Source: Mobula hypostoma (lineage: Eukaryota). From it: DNA of 64,000 nucleotides. The notes below the pieces were generated by a model that saw nothing but the letters and a program-made list of their open reading frames with translations, ran no database searches and was not told the DNA's origin. Below are positions 24,486 through 35,444 of the stretch, in pieces; position 1 is the stretch's first letter; every line of letters begins with the position of its first letter. The stretch spans positions 248,064,001 to 248,128,000 of the forward strand of contig NC_086097.1 in the NCBI RefSeq assembly GCF_963921235.1. The letters run 5' to 3'. Position numbers and translations under genes: made by a program.

Positions 24486-24566
24486 AGTCAAATACATTGT
24501 AGTTTATTGTAAAACCTCATTAAAATTAAGTCGTTTGAACCATTAATCTCTCTCCTTTCTCTATAG

Positions 24567-24608
24567 CAAGCAGTGAACATGCTCCTGGACAATGAAGACA
24601 AAATTTCC
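24567..24608 (+). CDS. VPS41: VPS41 coding exon, QAVNMLLDNEDKIS
   Basis: ctatag|CAA...TCC|gtaagt; 42 nt. Confidence 0.94.
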
Positions 24609-26124
24609 GTAAGTTGCTAATTTCATTCACAACTTATTCTTGTGTTGCAAACACCCTTCAGAATTAAACTGAAGAGAAGTGCTTGCATTCATGTAGAACA
24701 GAGTTTCCCATTCTTTTTACTGCTATGGACCAATACCAGTAAGCAAGAGGTACATGGACCCCAGGTTGGGAATCCTTGAAATGTAGAATCTTCCATGGTA
24801 GCAGCCTCTGGCATACTTATGAAGTTAAATCTGTAGTAATGTAATAAAGAATTTGAAGTTCAAAGTGAATTTATTATCAAAGTAGATATATGTCACCATG
24901 TGCTACCCTAAGATTCATGTTCTTGCAGGCATTCACAGTAGAACAAAGAAAGTGAATAGAATCAATAAAAAGTCTTGGATTAGTCAGGCCATGAGGGATA
25001 TGGGGAGAAGGTAGGAGATTGGGGCTGCGAGGAAATTGGATCAGCCATGATGAAATGGCAGAGCAGACTCGATGGGCCAAATGTCCTAATTCTGCTCCTA
25101 TATCTTATATCTGTTGGATGGAAGTGACCAACAACTCTGATAGAGGCAGATGCCAAGTTTTTAAGCTCACCAGTGGGAGGTGGTGCTTTAGCACTGCTGG
25201 CCCACCACCTCGAAGGAGTCTTGATCATAAGCGGGCCGAAACTCCTGAAGACGGGTGGCAGATCAACTGATGATCCCACTGGTGATAGCACAGGACAATT
25301 AACATCTTAGTCCACGTGTATTGATGGGGCAAAAGAAGTTGAGTGAAGTTACCCCCTCTGGTTCAAGGGCCTGATTGTTGAGGGGTAGTGACTGTTTCTG
25401 AACCTGGTGGTGTGGGCAGCAGAAAGAAGACAGCATGGACTGGGTGTTGAGCGTCCTTGATGACGGAGGGTTTTACCTGTGATTGGCTGGGCCGTATCCA
25501 CTTCTTTTTGTAGGCTTCTCTGTTTCCGTATCAGTCAGTATACTTTTCACCACACATCTGTAGAAGTTTGTCAAAGTTTTAGTTATGATACTGAATGTTT
25601 GCAAATTTCTAAGAAAGTGGAGGTGCTTTCATGCTTTCTTCGTAAAGGCATCTACGTGCTGGGCCCAGGACAGATGCTCTGAAATGATAACACCGAGGAA
25701 TTTAATGTTGCTGACCCTCTCCACATCTGATCTTCCGATGAGGGCTGGCTCATGGACCTGCAGTTTTCATCCTCCTGCAGTCAATAATCACCTCCTTGGT
25801 CTTGCTGGCAGCACTCAGCCAGATTTTCAATCTCCCTCCCATATGCTCTTCATCACCACCTTTGATTCAGCCAGTAACAGTGGTATCATCAGCAAATTTA
25901 AAAATGGCATTGGAGCTGTGCTTAGCCTCACAATCATAAATATATAGAGAGTAGAGCAGGGCGCACCTGGGGTGTGCCTGTGCGGACGGAGATTCTGGAG
26001 GAGATGTATTTATAGAAACGAGTTTATTTAGGGAATGCCTGTGAACAGTGTAATCCAGCTAAAGACAGAATGTTCAGTCAACGGTGTTGTTTTTCTAAAT
26101 TTAACTTTAATTTTGTTTTTTCAG

Positions 26125-26175
26125 ATTGACAAGGTTGTGGAGGAGCTGAAACAGCAACCTGAGCTACAACATGTG
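26125..26175 (+). CDS. VPS41: VPS41 coding exon, IDKVVEELKQQPELQHV
   Basis: tttcag|ATT...GTG|gtgagt; 51 nt. Confidence 0.94.
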
Positions 26176-26396
26176 GTGAGTCGGCTTTCTTTGCTTTAGA
26201 CAAGCATCTGGTGCATGGCGCATGCTATTGAGGGTGTTCAAAGATGCAAGCAAGTGCTTGTGGCTTGGCACATGCCTGTTTGTGATCAGGCCCCCAGGTA
26301 TCATTGTGTGAGGGAGTGAAATGTTAGTAGTTGAGTCATAGATTTATAGAGCACTACAACACAGAAACAGGCCCTTTGCCTCATCTAGTCCATTCT

Positions 26397-26630
26397 TCTT
26401 CTTCGTAAGATCATCACCCCTACTGGGGCATGGGCTCCTCTTTCATCGGCCATTCTTTCAGGTTTTCAAGGTATAGCCCATTGAAGATCCTTCCTCTCCC
26501 AGGAATGAGGTCTTTGGAGCTGCTGTTGGCATTTCTACAGTGCTAGGTTTTTTAACGGGATGGGGCTGCTAAACCCCTGCTCAACCCTCGTGTTTTTACA
26601 GCCGGGCTTGGGGCTGTCCGTGGCGGAGTT
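26397..26630 (-). mobile_element. Short non-autonomous RTE-type retroposon with a twister-ribozyme-derived 5' end and (GAA)n tail
   Basis: TSD CATCTAGTCCATTCT at 26382-26396 and 26632-26646. Minus-strand 5' end reads AACTCCGCC..CAGCCCCAAGCCCGG..GAGGG. Confidence 0.8.
26581..26630 (-). ncRNA. Twister ribozyme 3' cleavage-product remnant (decayed)
   Basis: AACUCCGCCACGGACAGCCCCAAGCCCGGCUGUAAAAACACGAGGGUUG versus the recalled twister pattern U|AACACUGCC..CCGGUCCCAAGCCCGG..GUGGAGGG. Confidence 0.7.
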
Positions 26631-26646
26631 CCATCTAGTCCATTCT

Positions 26647-28150
26647 GCCTGGTCCCATCAATCCACACATGGACCTTAGCCCTCCACACCTCTCCCATCC
26701 ATCTACTTCTACAAATATCTCTTCAGTGTTGAAATTGAGCCCGCATCCACCACTCCCGCTGGCAGCTCGTTTCACATCTCACCACCCTCTGAGTGAAGAA
26801 GTTCCCCCTCATGTTCCCCTCAAACATTTCACTTTCCACCCTTGAACTATAGACCTTAGTTCTTGTCTCACCCATCCTCAGTGAAAAGAGCCTGCTTGCA
26901 ATAACCCTATCTGTAGCCTTCGTAATTTTACATACCTCAATCAAATCTCCCCTCATTCACCTACACTCCAGGGAATAAAGTCCTAATCCATTCAAACCTT
27001 CCCTATAGCTCAGGTCTTCAGGTTCCGGCAACAAAATTTTCTCTGTACTCTTTCAATCTTATTGATATCTTTCCTGTAGGAAGGTGACACAATACTCCAA
27101 ATTAGGCCTCACCAACGTAAAGCCATAAGAGACCATAAGACATAGGAGCAGAATTAGGCCACTCAGCCCATCGAGTCTGCTCTTCCCTTCCATCATGGCT
27201 CATTTATTCTCCCTCTTAAACCCAATCTCCTGTCTTCTCTCTGTAACCTATTACGCCCTGACTAACGAAGAACCTATTAACCTCTGCTTTCAATATACTC
27301 AATGACTTGGCCTCCGTAGGCACGTCATAGCAATGAGTTCCACAGATTCACCTCCCCCTGATTAAAAAATTCCTTTTCATCTCTGTTCTAAGTGGCCATC
27401 CCTCTATTCTGAGGCTGTGCCCTCTGCTACTAGTCTCACCCACTATAGTAGGTATTTTTTTCCACTTTCACTCCATCTAGTCCTCTCAATATTTGATTGG
27501 TTTCAATGAGGTTCCACCCTCCCCCACCTAATTCTTCTAAAACCCCAGCAAGACTAGGCCCAAAGCCATCAAACACTCCTCATAAGTTAACCCTTTCATT
27601 CCCAGGATCGTTATCATCAACCTCCTCCGGATCCTCTCCGATGTCAGGACATATTGTGGGGTGGCACAAAAGTGTAGTGGTTAGCACAACGCTTTACGGT
27701 ACAGGTGACCCGAGTTCTGTTCCAGCCACTGTCTGTAAGGAGTTTGTACGTTCTCCCCACGAGCACATGGGCTTTTTCCTTGCCCAGTCCAAAGACGTAG
27801 CAGTTGATTGGTCATTGTAAATTGTCTCGTGATTAGGCTAGCATTAAACTGAGGCATTGCTGGGCAGTGCAGCTCGAAGGGCCAGAAAGGCCTACTCCGT
27901 GCTCTTATCTCGATTTTAAAAAAAATTCTGAGGTAATGGGCCCAAAACTGCTCACAATACTGCAAGTATGGTCCGACCAATGCTTTATAAAGTCTCATCA
28001 TTACATCCTTGTTCTTATATTCTAGTCCTCTCAAAATGAATGCATTTGCCGCTGATTCAGCCTGCAAGTGAACCTTTAGGGAATCCTGCACAAGGAATCC
28101 CAAGCACCTCTGATTTTTAACTTTCCTCTCTGTTTAGAAAAGTCTACCTA
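26647..28150 (-). mobile_element. CR1-like LINE 3' fragments, with a tRNA-derived SINE inserted at ~27655-27915
   Basis: ORFs 26723..26956 and 27681..28103 carry CR1 RT C-terminal peptides. Confidence 0.82.
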
Positions 28151-28569
28151 TGCTTTTATTCCTCCCCATGAATCTCCAAGTCCACTCCAACAACGGCCAA
28201 ACACTGGCACATTCCCCACTCTCAGGCCTGGGCTCCACCACCTCAGGTACACGCCATGCCATAACCGTTCTGAGCCTTCGAGACTTAAGTTCACACCCCA
28301 AAAAATGCAAGGCAGAGAGTTCTAAAGCTCAACTCTGAAAGGGAAATTACAGGCTATTGATTGCAGTGATCGTTTTTGAGAAAAACTGTGATTAATAAAG
28401 TAATTGGTAGCTTTGCTGCCAGCGAGTCGCTGTGCTTCAGTGGTGCCAGCGTAAACGGGAAGACCTGGCGGTGAGTCTGCTGGCCCTGGCGGGGATGCTG
28501 TGCAGCCATTTCTCCTGTGGGATTAGGACAAACGGTCCATGAGCAGGATGGCTGAGTCCTTCTGGAGCA

Positions 28570-29840
28570 ATGAAAAACTGGAAATGTCACTCCACTCTTC
28601 AAGAAAGGAGAGAGACAGAAGAAAGGAAACTATAGGTCTGACCTCATGGTTGGGAAGATGTTGGAGTTGATTGTTAAAGATGTAGTTTTGGAGTATTTGG
28701 AGGCACATGGTAAAATGGGCTGAAGCCAGAATGGTTTCCTTAAGGGAAAATCTTGCCTGACAAATCTGTTGGAATTCTTTGAAGAAATAAGAAGCAGGAT
28801 AAGCAAAGGAGCATTGGATGATGTACACTTAGATTTTCAGAAGGCATTTGACAAGGTGCCACACGTGAGACTGCTTAAAAAGTTAAGAGCTCATATTATT
28901 ACAGGAAAGATACTGTGGATAAAGCAGTGGCTGATTGGCAGGAGGCAAAGAGTGGGAATAAAGGGAGCCTTTTCTGGTTGGCTGGGAGTGACTCTTGGTG
29001 TTCCACAGGGTGCTGTGTTGGGACAGCTTCTTTTTACATTATATGTCAATGATTTGGATGAATGAACTGATGGCTGTGTGGCCAAGTTTGTGGATGATAC
29101 AAAGGTGGAGGGGCAGTTAGGGTTGAGGAAGCAGACAGGCTACAGAAGGACAGTAAATGTGTAATCTATTTTCTAAATGGAGAGAACACTCAAAAATTTG
29201 AGGTGCTAAAGGACTTGAAAGTCCTCATGTAGGATTCCCCAAAGGTTAATTTGCGGGTTGAGTCTGTGGTGAGGAAGACAAATGCAAGATTAGCATTCAT
29301 TTTGAGAGGACTTGACTATAAAAGCAAGGATGTAACGCTGAGGCTTTATAAAGCACTGGTGAGGCCTCACTTGGAGTATTGTGAACTGCTGGTCATCCAT
29401 ACAACCTTGCCCAGGCCTGCGCCCTGGAGAGTGAAGACTTTCCAGGCGCAGATCCATGGTCTCGCAAGACTAACGGATGCCTTTATTATTATTTATTTGG
29501 ACCCCTTATCTTAGAAAGGATTCAAAGGAGATTCATAAAAATTATTCATGAAAGGCTTATTATATGAAGAGCATTTTGAACAGAGATGAGGAGAAAATTT
29601 CTTTAGCCAGAGAGTGGTGAATCTGTGGAATTCGTTGCCACAGGTAGCTGTAGAAGCAAGGTCATTGGACATATTTAAGGCAGAGGTTGATAGATTCTTG
29701 ATTAGTCAGGGCATGAACAGATATGGGGCAAAGGCAGGAGATTGGAGCTGAGAGAGAAATGGATCAGCCATGATGAAATGGCAGAATAGATGCAATGGGC
29801 CAAATGGCCTAATTCTGCTTCTATATCTTACGGTCTCATG
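28570..29840 (+). mobile_element. CR1-like LINE ORF2 3' part
   Basis: LDFQKAFDKVPH and GVPQGAVLG motifs; contains a ~110-bp foreign insert at ~29385-29495. Confidence 0.88.
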
Positions 29841-29905
29841 ATATGACTGGCCCTTTGCTGGCATATTTCTAACAAAAATTCTTGCAATTATTATGAAGGC
29901 TAATC

Positions 29906-30096
29906 ATAAAAGTTTTAATGATATATTGAGTAAAAGAGTGGTCAAGGGAGATGTGTTCCTGTTAAAGACAAGCACAAGTGATAGAGTACAGTAATTACTG
30001 TAATTAGAAACAAAATAACTTGTTAGTTGTTACCTTTAATGGGATGATATCTCCCTTGACCTCTCTTTTACTCAATATTATTATTAAAACTTTTAT
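29906..30096. repeat. ~190-bp imperfect palindrome (fold-back)
   Basis: Outer ~50-bp arms are near-perfect reverse complements; perfect TACAGTAATTACTGTA near the centre (29987-30002). Confidence 0.85.
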
Positions 30097-30354
30097 TCTA
30101 CAATAGGTAAATAACACAAAAGTTGGGTAAAGAGAACTTAAAAAATAAGTAGAGGGAGAGAATGTTGTGAATTGTATAAACATATAAAGATGTAATGAAA
30201 GAAATAAGAATATATTGACATTCTGGTGTAAAATCCCTAATGGTTGCTATAGAAATCGTAAGCATCGTCATTATGTGGCGTGTCATATGATGTGGACAAC
30301 CATGGTCATTCTATGACCCTGATTGTTCTTGGCAAATTTTTCTATACGAGTGAA

Positions 30355-31670
30355 AAAACATAGAAACATAGAAAACCTACAACATAATACAGGCCATTCA
30401 GCCCACAATGCTGTGCCGAACATGTCCTTACTTTAGAAATTACCTAAGGTTACCCATAGCCCTCTAGTTTTGTAAGCTCCATGTACATATCCAAGAGTAT
30501 CTTAAAAGACCCTATTGTATTGGCCTCCACCACTGTCGCCAGCAGCCCATTCCACACACTCACCACTCTGCGTAAAAAAAACTTACCCCTAACATCCCCT
30601 CTGTACCTACTTACAAGCACCTCAACACTGCCCTCTCATGTTAGCCATTTCAGCCCTGGGAAAAAGCCTCTCGACTATCCACACAATCAATGCCTCTCAT
30701 CATCTTATACACTTCTCATCCTCCGTCACTCCAAGGAGAAAAGGCCGAGTTAATTCAACCTATTCTCATAAGGCATGCTCCCCAATCCAGGCAACATCCT
30801 TGTAAATCTCCTCTGCACCCTTTCTATGGTTTCCATGTCCTTCCTATAGTAGGGCAACCAGAAATGTGCACAGTACTCCAAGTGGGGTCTGACCGGGGTC
30901 CTATATAGCTGCAACATTACCTCTCGGCTCCAAAACTCAGGCTCACAGTTCACTAAGGCCAATGCACCGTATGCCGCCTTAACCACAGAGTCAACCTGCG
31001 TAGCAGCTTTGAATGTCCTATGGACTCAGACCCCAAGGTCCCTCTGATCCTCCATACTACCAAGATTCTTACCATGAATACTATATTCTGCCATCATATT
31101 TGACCTACCAAAATGAACCACCTCACACTTATCTGGGTTGAACTCCATCTGCCACTTCTCAGCCCAGTTTTGCATTCTTTTGATGTCCCACTGTAACCTC
31201 TGACAACCCTCCACACTATCCACAACACCCCCAATTTTGTGTCATCAGCAAATTTACTAACCCATCCCTCCAATTCCTCATCCATGTCATTTATAAAAAT
31301 CACAACGAGTAAGGGTCCCAGAACAGATCCCTGAGGCACACCACTGGTCACCAACCTCCAAGCAGAATATGACCCGCCTACAACCACTCTTTGCCTTCTG
31401 TGGGCGAGCCAATTCTGGATCCACAAGGCAAGGTCTCCTTGGATCCCATGCCTCCTTACTTTCTCAATAAGCCTTTCATGGGGTACCTTATTAAATGCCT
31501 TGTTGAAATCCATATACACTACATCTACTGCTCTACCTTCTTCAATGTGTTTAGTCACATCCTCAAAAAATTCCATCAGGCTCGTAAGGTATGAGCTGCC
31601 TTTGACAAAGCCATGCTAACTATTCCTAGTCACATCTTCAAAAAATATGTTTAGTCACATCCTTAAAAAA
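30355..31670 (-). mobile_element. CR1-like LINE RT 3' portion
   Basis: ORF 31094..31576 ([33 protein letters not shown]) and (TATGTTTC)n tail. Confidence 0.92.
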
Positions 31671-31720
31671 AAAAGCAGTTTGCCATTGCCTTCTTCTGGG
31701 CAGTGTCTTTACAAGATAGG

Positions 31721-32453
31721 TGAAACCCCCTGGTTTCCTTGGCTACATAAGTCTAGGGAAAATACTCTCTGATCCCGCCAAACTCGTGAGACTGTGACGG
31801 CTCTGGCACCCCAAACCCCGGTTTGTGTGGATGCTGTATAATTTGCTATCCTGTTACAAATTAGTGCCACAAAATAACAGACAGTACCCTGCATACAACT
31901 AAAGGAATTATATTTATGAATCTTTACTTACCTAAAGGGTTAGTAAAGAAAAACAAAAAGAAAAGGGTGCATTTTAATTAAACAGCACAAGTTGGAGCTC
32001 ATCGTGAACTTCTCTGTCACTCAGAGAACCTCCCCTCAGTTCTACCATCCTAATTGGATGGCACACATTTCTCCTCATCCCTTATCTTCAACATAAAACC
32101 CAAACAAGCTGAAAACAAAACAGACAGCTCTTACAGAACTGCTAAATGAAATATATGGCTTTAGGGTGAAAGGGGAAAGGTTCAGGGGGAACTTCTTGAC
32201 TCAGAGAGTGGTGGGAGTGTGGAACGGGCTGCCATCTGACGTAAATGCGGGCTCACTCTTAAGTTTTAAGAATAAATTGGATAGATACGTGGATGGGAGA
32301 GGCCTGGAGGGTTATGGACTGGATGCAGGTCAATGGGACGAGTGGAATAATGTTTCGGCACAGACTAGAAGGGCTGAATAGCCTGTTTTCTGTGCTGTAG
32401 TGTTCTGTGGTTCTATACAGCATAACAGTAAAAATATGAACCAGGGCATTACA
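31721..32453. mobile_element. Probable solo LTR (TG...CA), itself interrupted by a CR1 piece at ~32155-32415
   Basis: Begins TGAAACCCCCTGG and ends CCAGGGCATTACA; cleanly splits a SINE copy. TSD is degraded. Confidence 0.55.
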
Positions 32454-33844
32454 CTGGTAATCCCAGCCATTATCAATACTCTTCAGAGATTGCCTGGCAT
32501 CAGTAGTCACATAATCAGGACTTGTGATATGCACCAGCTGTTCATGGGATCACCCATCTTAGAAAGACACTACCCAGAAGAAGGCGATGGCAAACCACTT
32601 CTGTAGAATATTTGACAAGAACAAACAGGGTCATGACACCATGATTACCCACATCATATAATATAGTACATAATAATGATGATGACCTACAACATACTGT
32701 CAGATGCAGTCTGCTAATTCTGGCGATGGTTTGTACAGTGATATACGGTAAAATATCTCAGAATTTTCATCAAGTAGTCAGAGCTTTAGATAAAAGAATT
32801 TGTGTCTAAATTATTGAAGACTTGTGACAGGAGAGATTCTTTACCTGCTGCTTGCCTCAGGAAGGACTCTCAGGGGTTATATATGAAGTGAAGTGAAGTG
32901 ATTGATTTCCAGTGTTGTCAATGTAAGTGATGTCTGGCTTCTGCCTGTTTCACAAAATATGGCTGGATTGCCAAGTCCAGTGGAGCTTCATGAGATGTTC
33001 CTGTTTGGTCGAGCTATGTGCTAAAGAAATAAATATCTACAAGAAAAAGCAAAAACAAACTTGATATAGTTACAGAAAGAATGTTAAACAATTTCATAGA
33101 GTTTTGCTAATATAAATAGATACAACTGAAAGCAACAAAAACATTGCTATCTTGATTTAGCTATGGAAATAATCAGTTTGACGAAAGAGGCACAAAGACC
33201 ATACAAGTAGGAAAAGCGAACAACACATCAAATTCATGTTAAGATGGTGTACATATTGACTGTTTACTTTGATAACAGAATGAAATAAGTCAAGTCAAGT
33301 CACTTTTTATTGTCATTTCGACCATAACTGCTGGTACAGTACACAGTAAAAACGAGACAACGTTTTTCAGGACCATGGTGCTACATGAAACAATACAAAA
33401 ACTACACTGAACTACGTAAAACAACACAAAAACTACACTAGACTACAGACCTACCCAGGACTGCATAAAGTGCACAAAACAGTGCAGGCATTGCAATAAA
33501 TAATAAACAAGACAATAGGCACAGCGGAGGGCAGTAGGTTGGTAGTCCGATGGCTTGAGGGAAAAACTGTTATATAAATAAACGGCTATACTCCCGCCGA
33601 GTAAATAAAAGTGATTGTTGGTTCAAAATTGTCACTGGATATAGGACTGAGGAAAATAACCTGATGTTTGGTCAGGCGATGCTTGTTCAGACCAATGTAT
33701 GCTTTGGGGGAAAATTGGATAAATGCATCAAGGTGAGAAAGGTTGAGGAAAGAAGGGTGATGAGGTTATTAGTCAGGAATTGCTGGACAGGCATGTTCTA
33801 AGGCAGCTATCCACAATGTGGCACGTAAAAGTAATTAAACATTA

Positions 33845-34132
33845 TGGTAGCATAGTGGTTAGTGCAATGCTTTACAGTGGGCCAGGGTTAATTTCCTGCC
33901 ACTGTCTATAAGGAGTTTGTATGTTCTCCCCCTCACAGCATGGGCTTCCTCCGGGTGCTCCAGTTTCCTCCCATGGTCTAAAGACAACAGGTTAGAGTTA
34001 GTAAGTTGTGGGCATGCTACTTTGGTTCCAGAAGCATGGCGACACTTGCGGGCTGCGCCCAGCACATTCCTGACACGAGCGACACATTTCACTGTAGGTT
34101 TCTATGTACTTGTGACAAATAAAGCAAATCTT
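33845..34132 (+). mobile_element. tRNA-derived V-SINE-like element (other copies at ~9455, 13375, 27655, 40795, 46120 and 58160 minus)
   Basis: A-box-like TAGCATAGTGGTTAG head and central GGAGTTTGTAYGTTCTCCCC..GGGTTTCCTCCGGGTGCTCC domain. Confidence 0.75.
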
Positions 34133-34389
34133 TAGTCGTTATCTATGGGATTTCATATTGTTGATCCCAAAAAGACACCTGAGCAGATAAGTAAGTGAGG
34201 ATGTTAGTGATATTTTACAGATATAGAGTTGGTGGTGAGGGATTTAGTTTGCAGTGCTGTGTAGTGATTGCAGTGCACTAATGCAGCCGGAATACCTGAA
34301 ATTAAAATAAAAGAGAAACCACTCTCCCTGTGGAACACTGTCGTTTCAGCAGAATGTACCTGGATTCTAACAGGGTTCTGATTATCAAA

Positions 34390-34995
34390 TCTCACCTCAG
34401 CCTGTGCTGTTCCAGAGAAAACATCCCAAGTATGTCCAACCTCATGTGATAGCACATACCCTCTAAACCAGGCAACATCCTGGTAAACCTCTTCTGCACT
34501 CTCTCCAAAGCCTCGACATCCTCCCTATAGTGGGGTGACCAGATCTGTGTGCAATACTCCAGATGTTGCCTAACTAACTTTTTAAAGTTGCAACGTAACT
34601 TCCTGACTTTCGAACTCAATGTCTCAAATTAACATTCCATAAGTTTTCTTAGCCAGCCCATCAACCTGTGTGGTGACTTTGGATCCCTCTGCCCTTAGAA
34701 TTGGACTGTCTCTTTACATTTGCCCTTCCAAGGGGCAACACGTCACATTTGGCCGGGTTAAACTCCACCTGCCATTTTTGCCCACATCTGCAACTGATCT
34801 GTGTTTCGCTGTATCCTTTGCCAGTCTTCAACGCTATCCACAACACCACCAATCTTCATTTCATCAGCAAACATCCTAACCCACCCATCTACTCTTTCAT
34901 CCAGGTCATTTATATACATCACAAACAACAGAGGCCCCAGTACAGATCCCTAAAGATCACAGACCTCCAGCCGGAATAAGTCCCTTCAACCACTA
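34390..34995 (-). mobile_element. CR1-like LINE fragment
   Basis: LVRQHLEYCTQIWSPHY..LERVQKRFTRML peptide. Confidence 0.85.
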
Positions 34996-35104
34996 TTGCT
35001 ATTACTAATACTTACAGTGTTGCTCAGATTATTTTAACTTTGAAAGCTTTGTTTGATATTTTACATTGTTTTGTTCTAACCTACTCTGCATTTTCTTTAA
35101 ACAG

Positions 35105-35242
35105 TACTTGCACAACCTGTTCAAGAGAGATCACCATAAAGGACAGAAGTTCCACGAGGAACAGATCAGCCTGTATGCTGAATATGATCGGCCAAGCCTG
35201 CTGCCGTTCCTGAGAGACAGCACCCACTGCCCACTGGAGAAG
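35105..35242 (+). CDS. VPS41: VPS41 coding exon, YLHNLFKRDHHKGQKFHEEQISLYAEYDRPSLLPFLRDSTHCPLEK
   Basis: aaacag|TAC...AAG|gtaaat; 138 nt; CHCR region. Confidence 0.97.
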
Positions 35243-35444
35243 GTAAATTGGTCTGTAACGTACCTTCCTTCACAGGAGTGCTGCCATGGAGGCACATGTA
35301 TTGTTGCTGAAATGCACTCGAGACAATTGTGTTCCATAGCACACAAATACCATTCAGCCTGTTTGCTCTGTGCCAATGTCTAACAGTAAACATGTCTCGT
35401 TTTATTCCATTTATCACTTCCCACTCGGGTGGAGTGCCTGGGAG

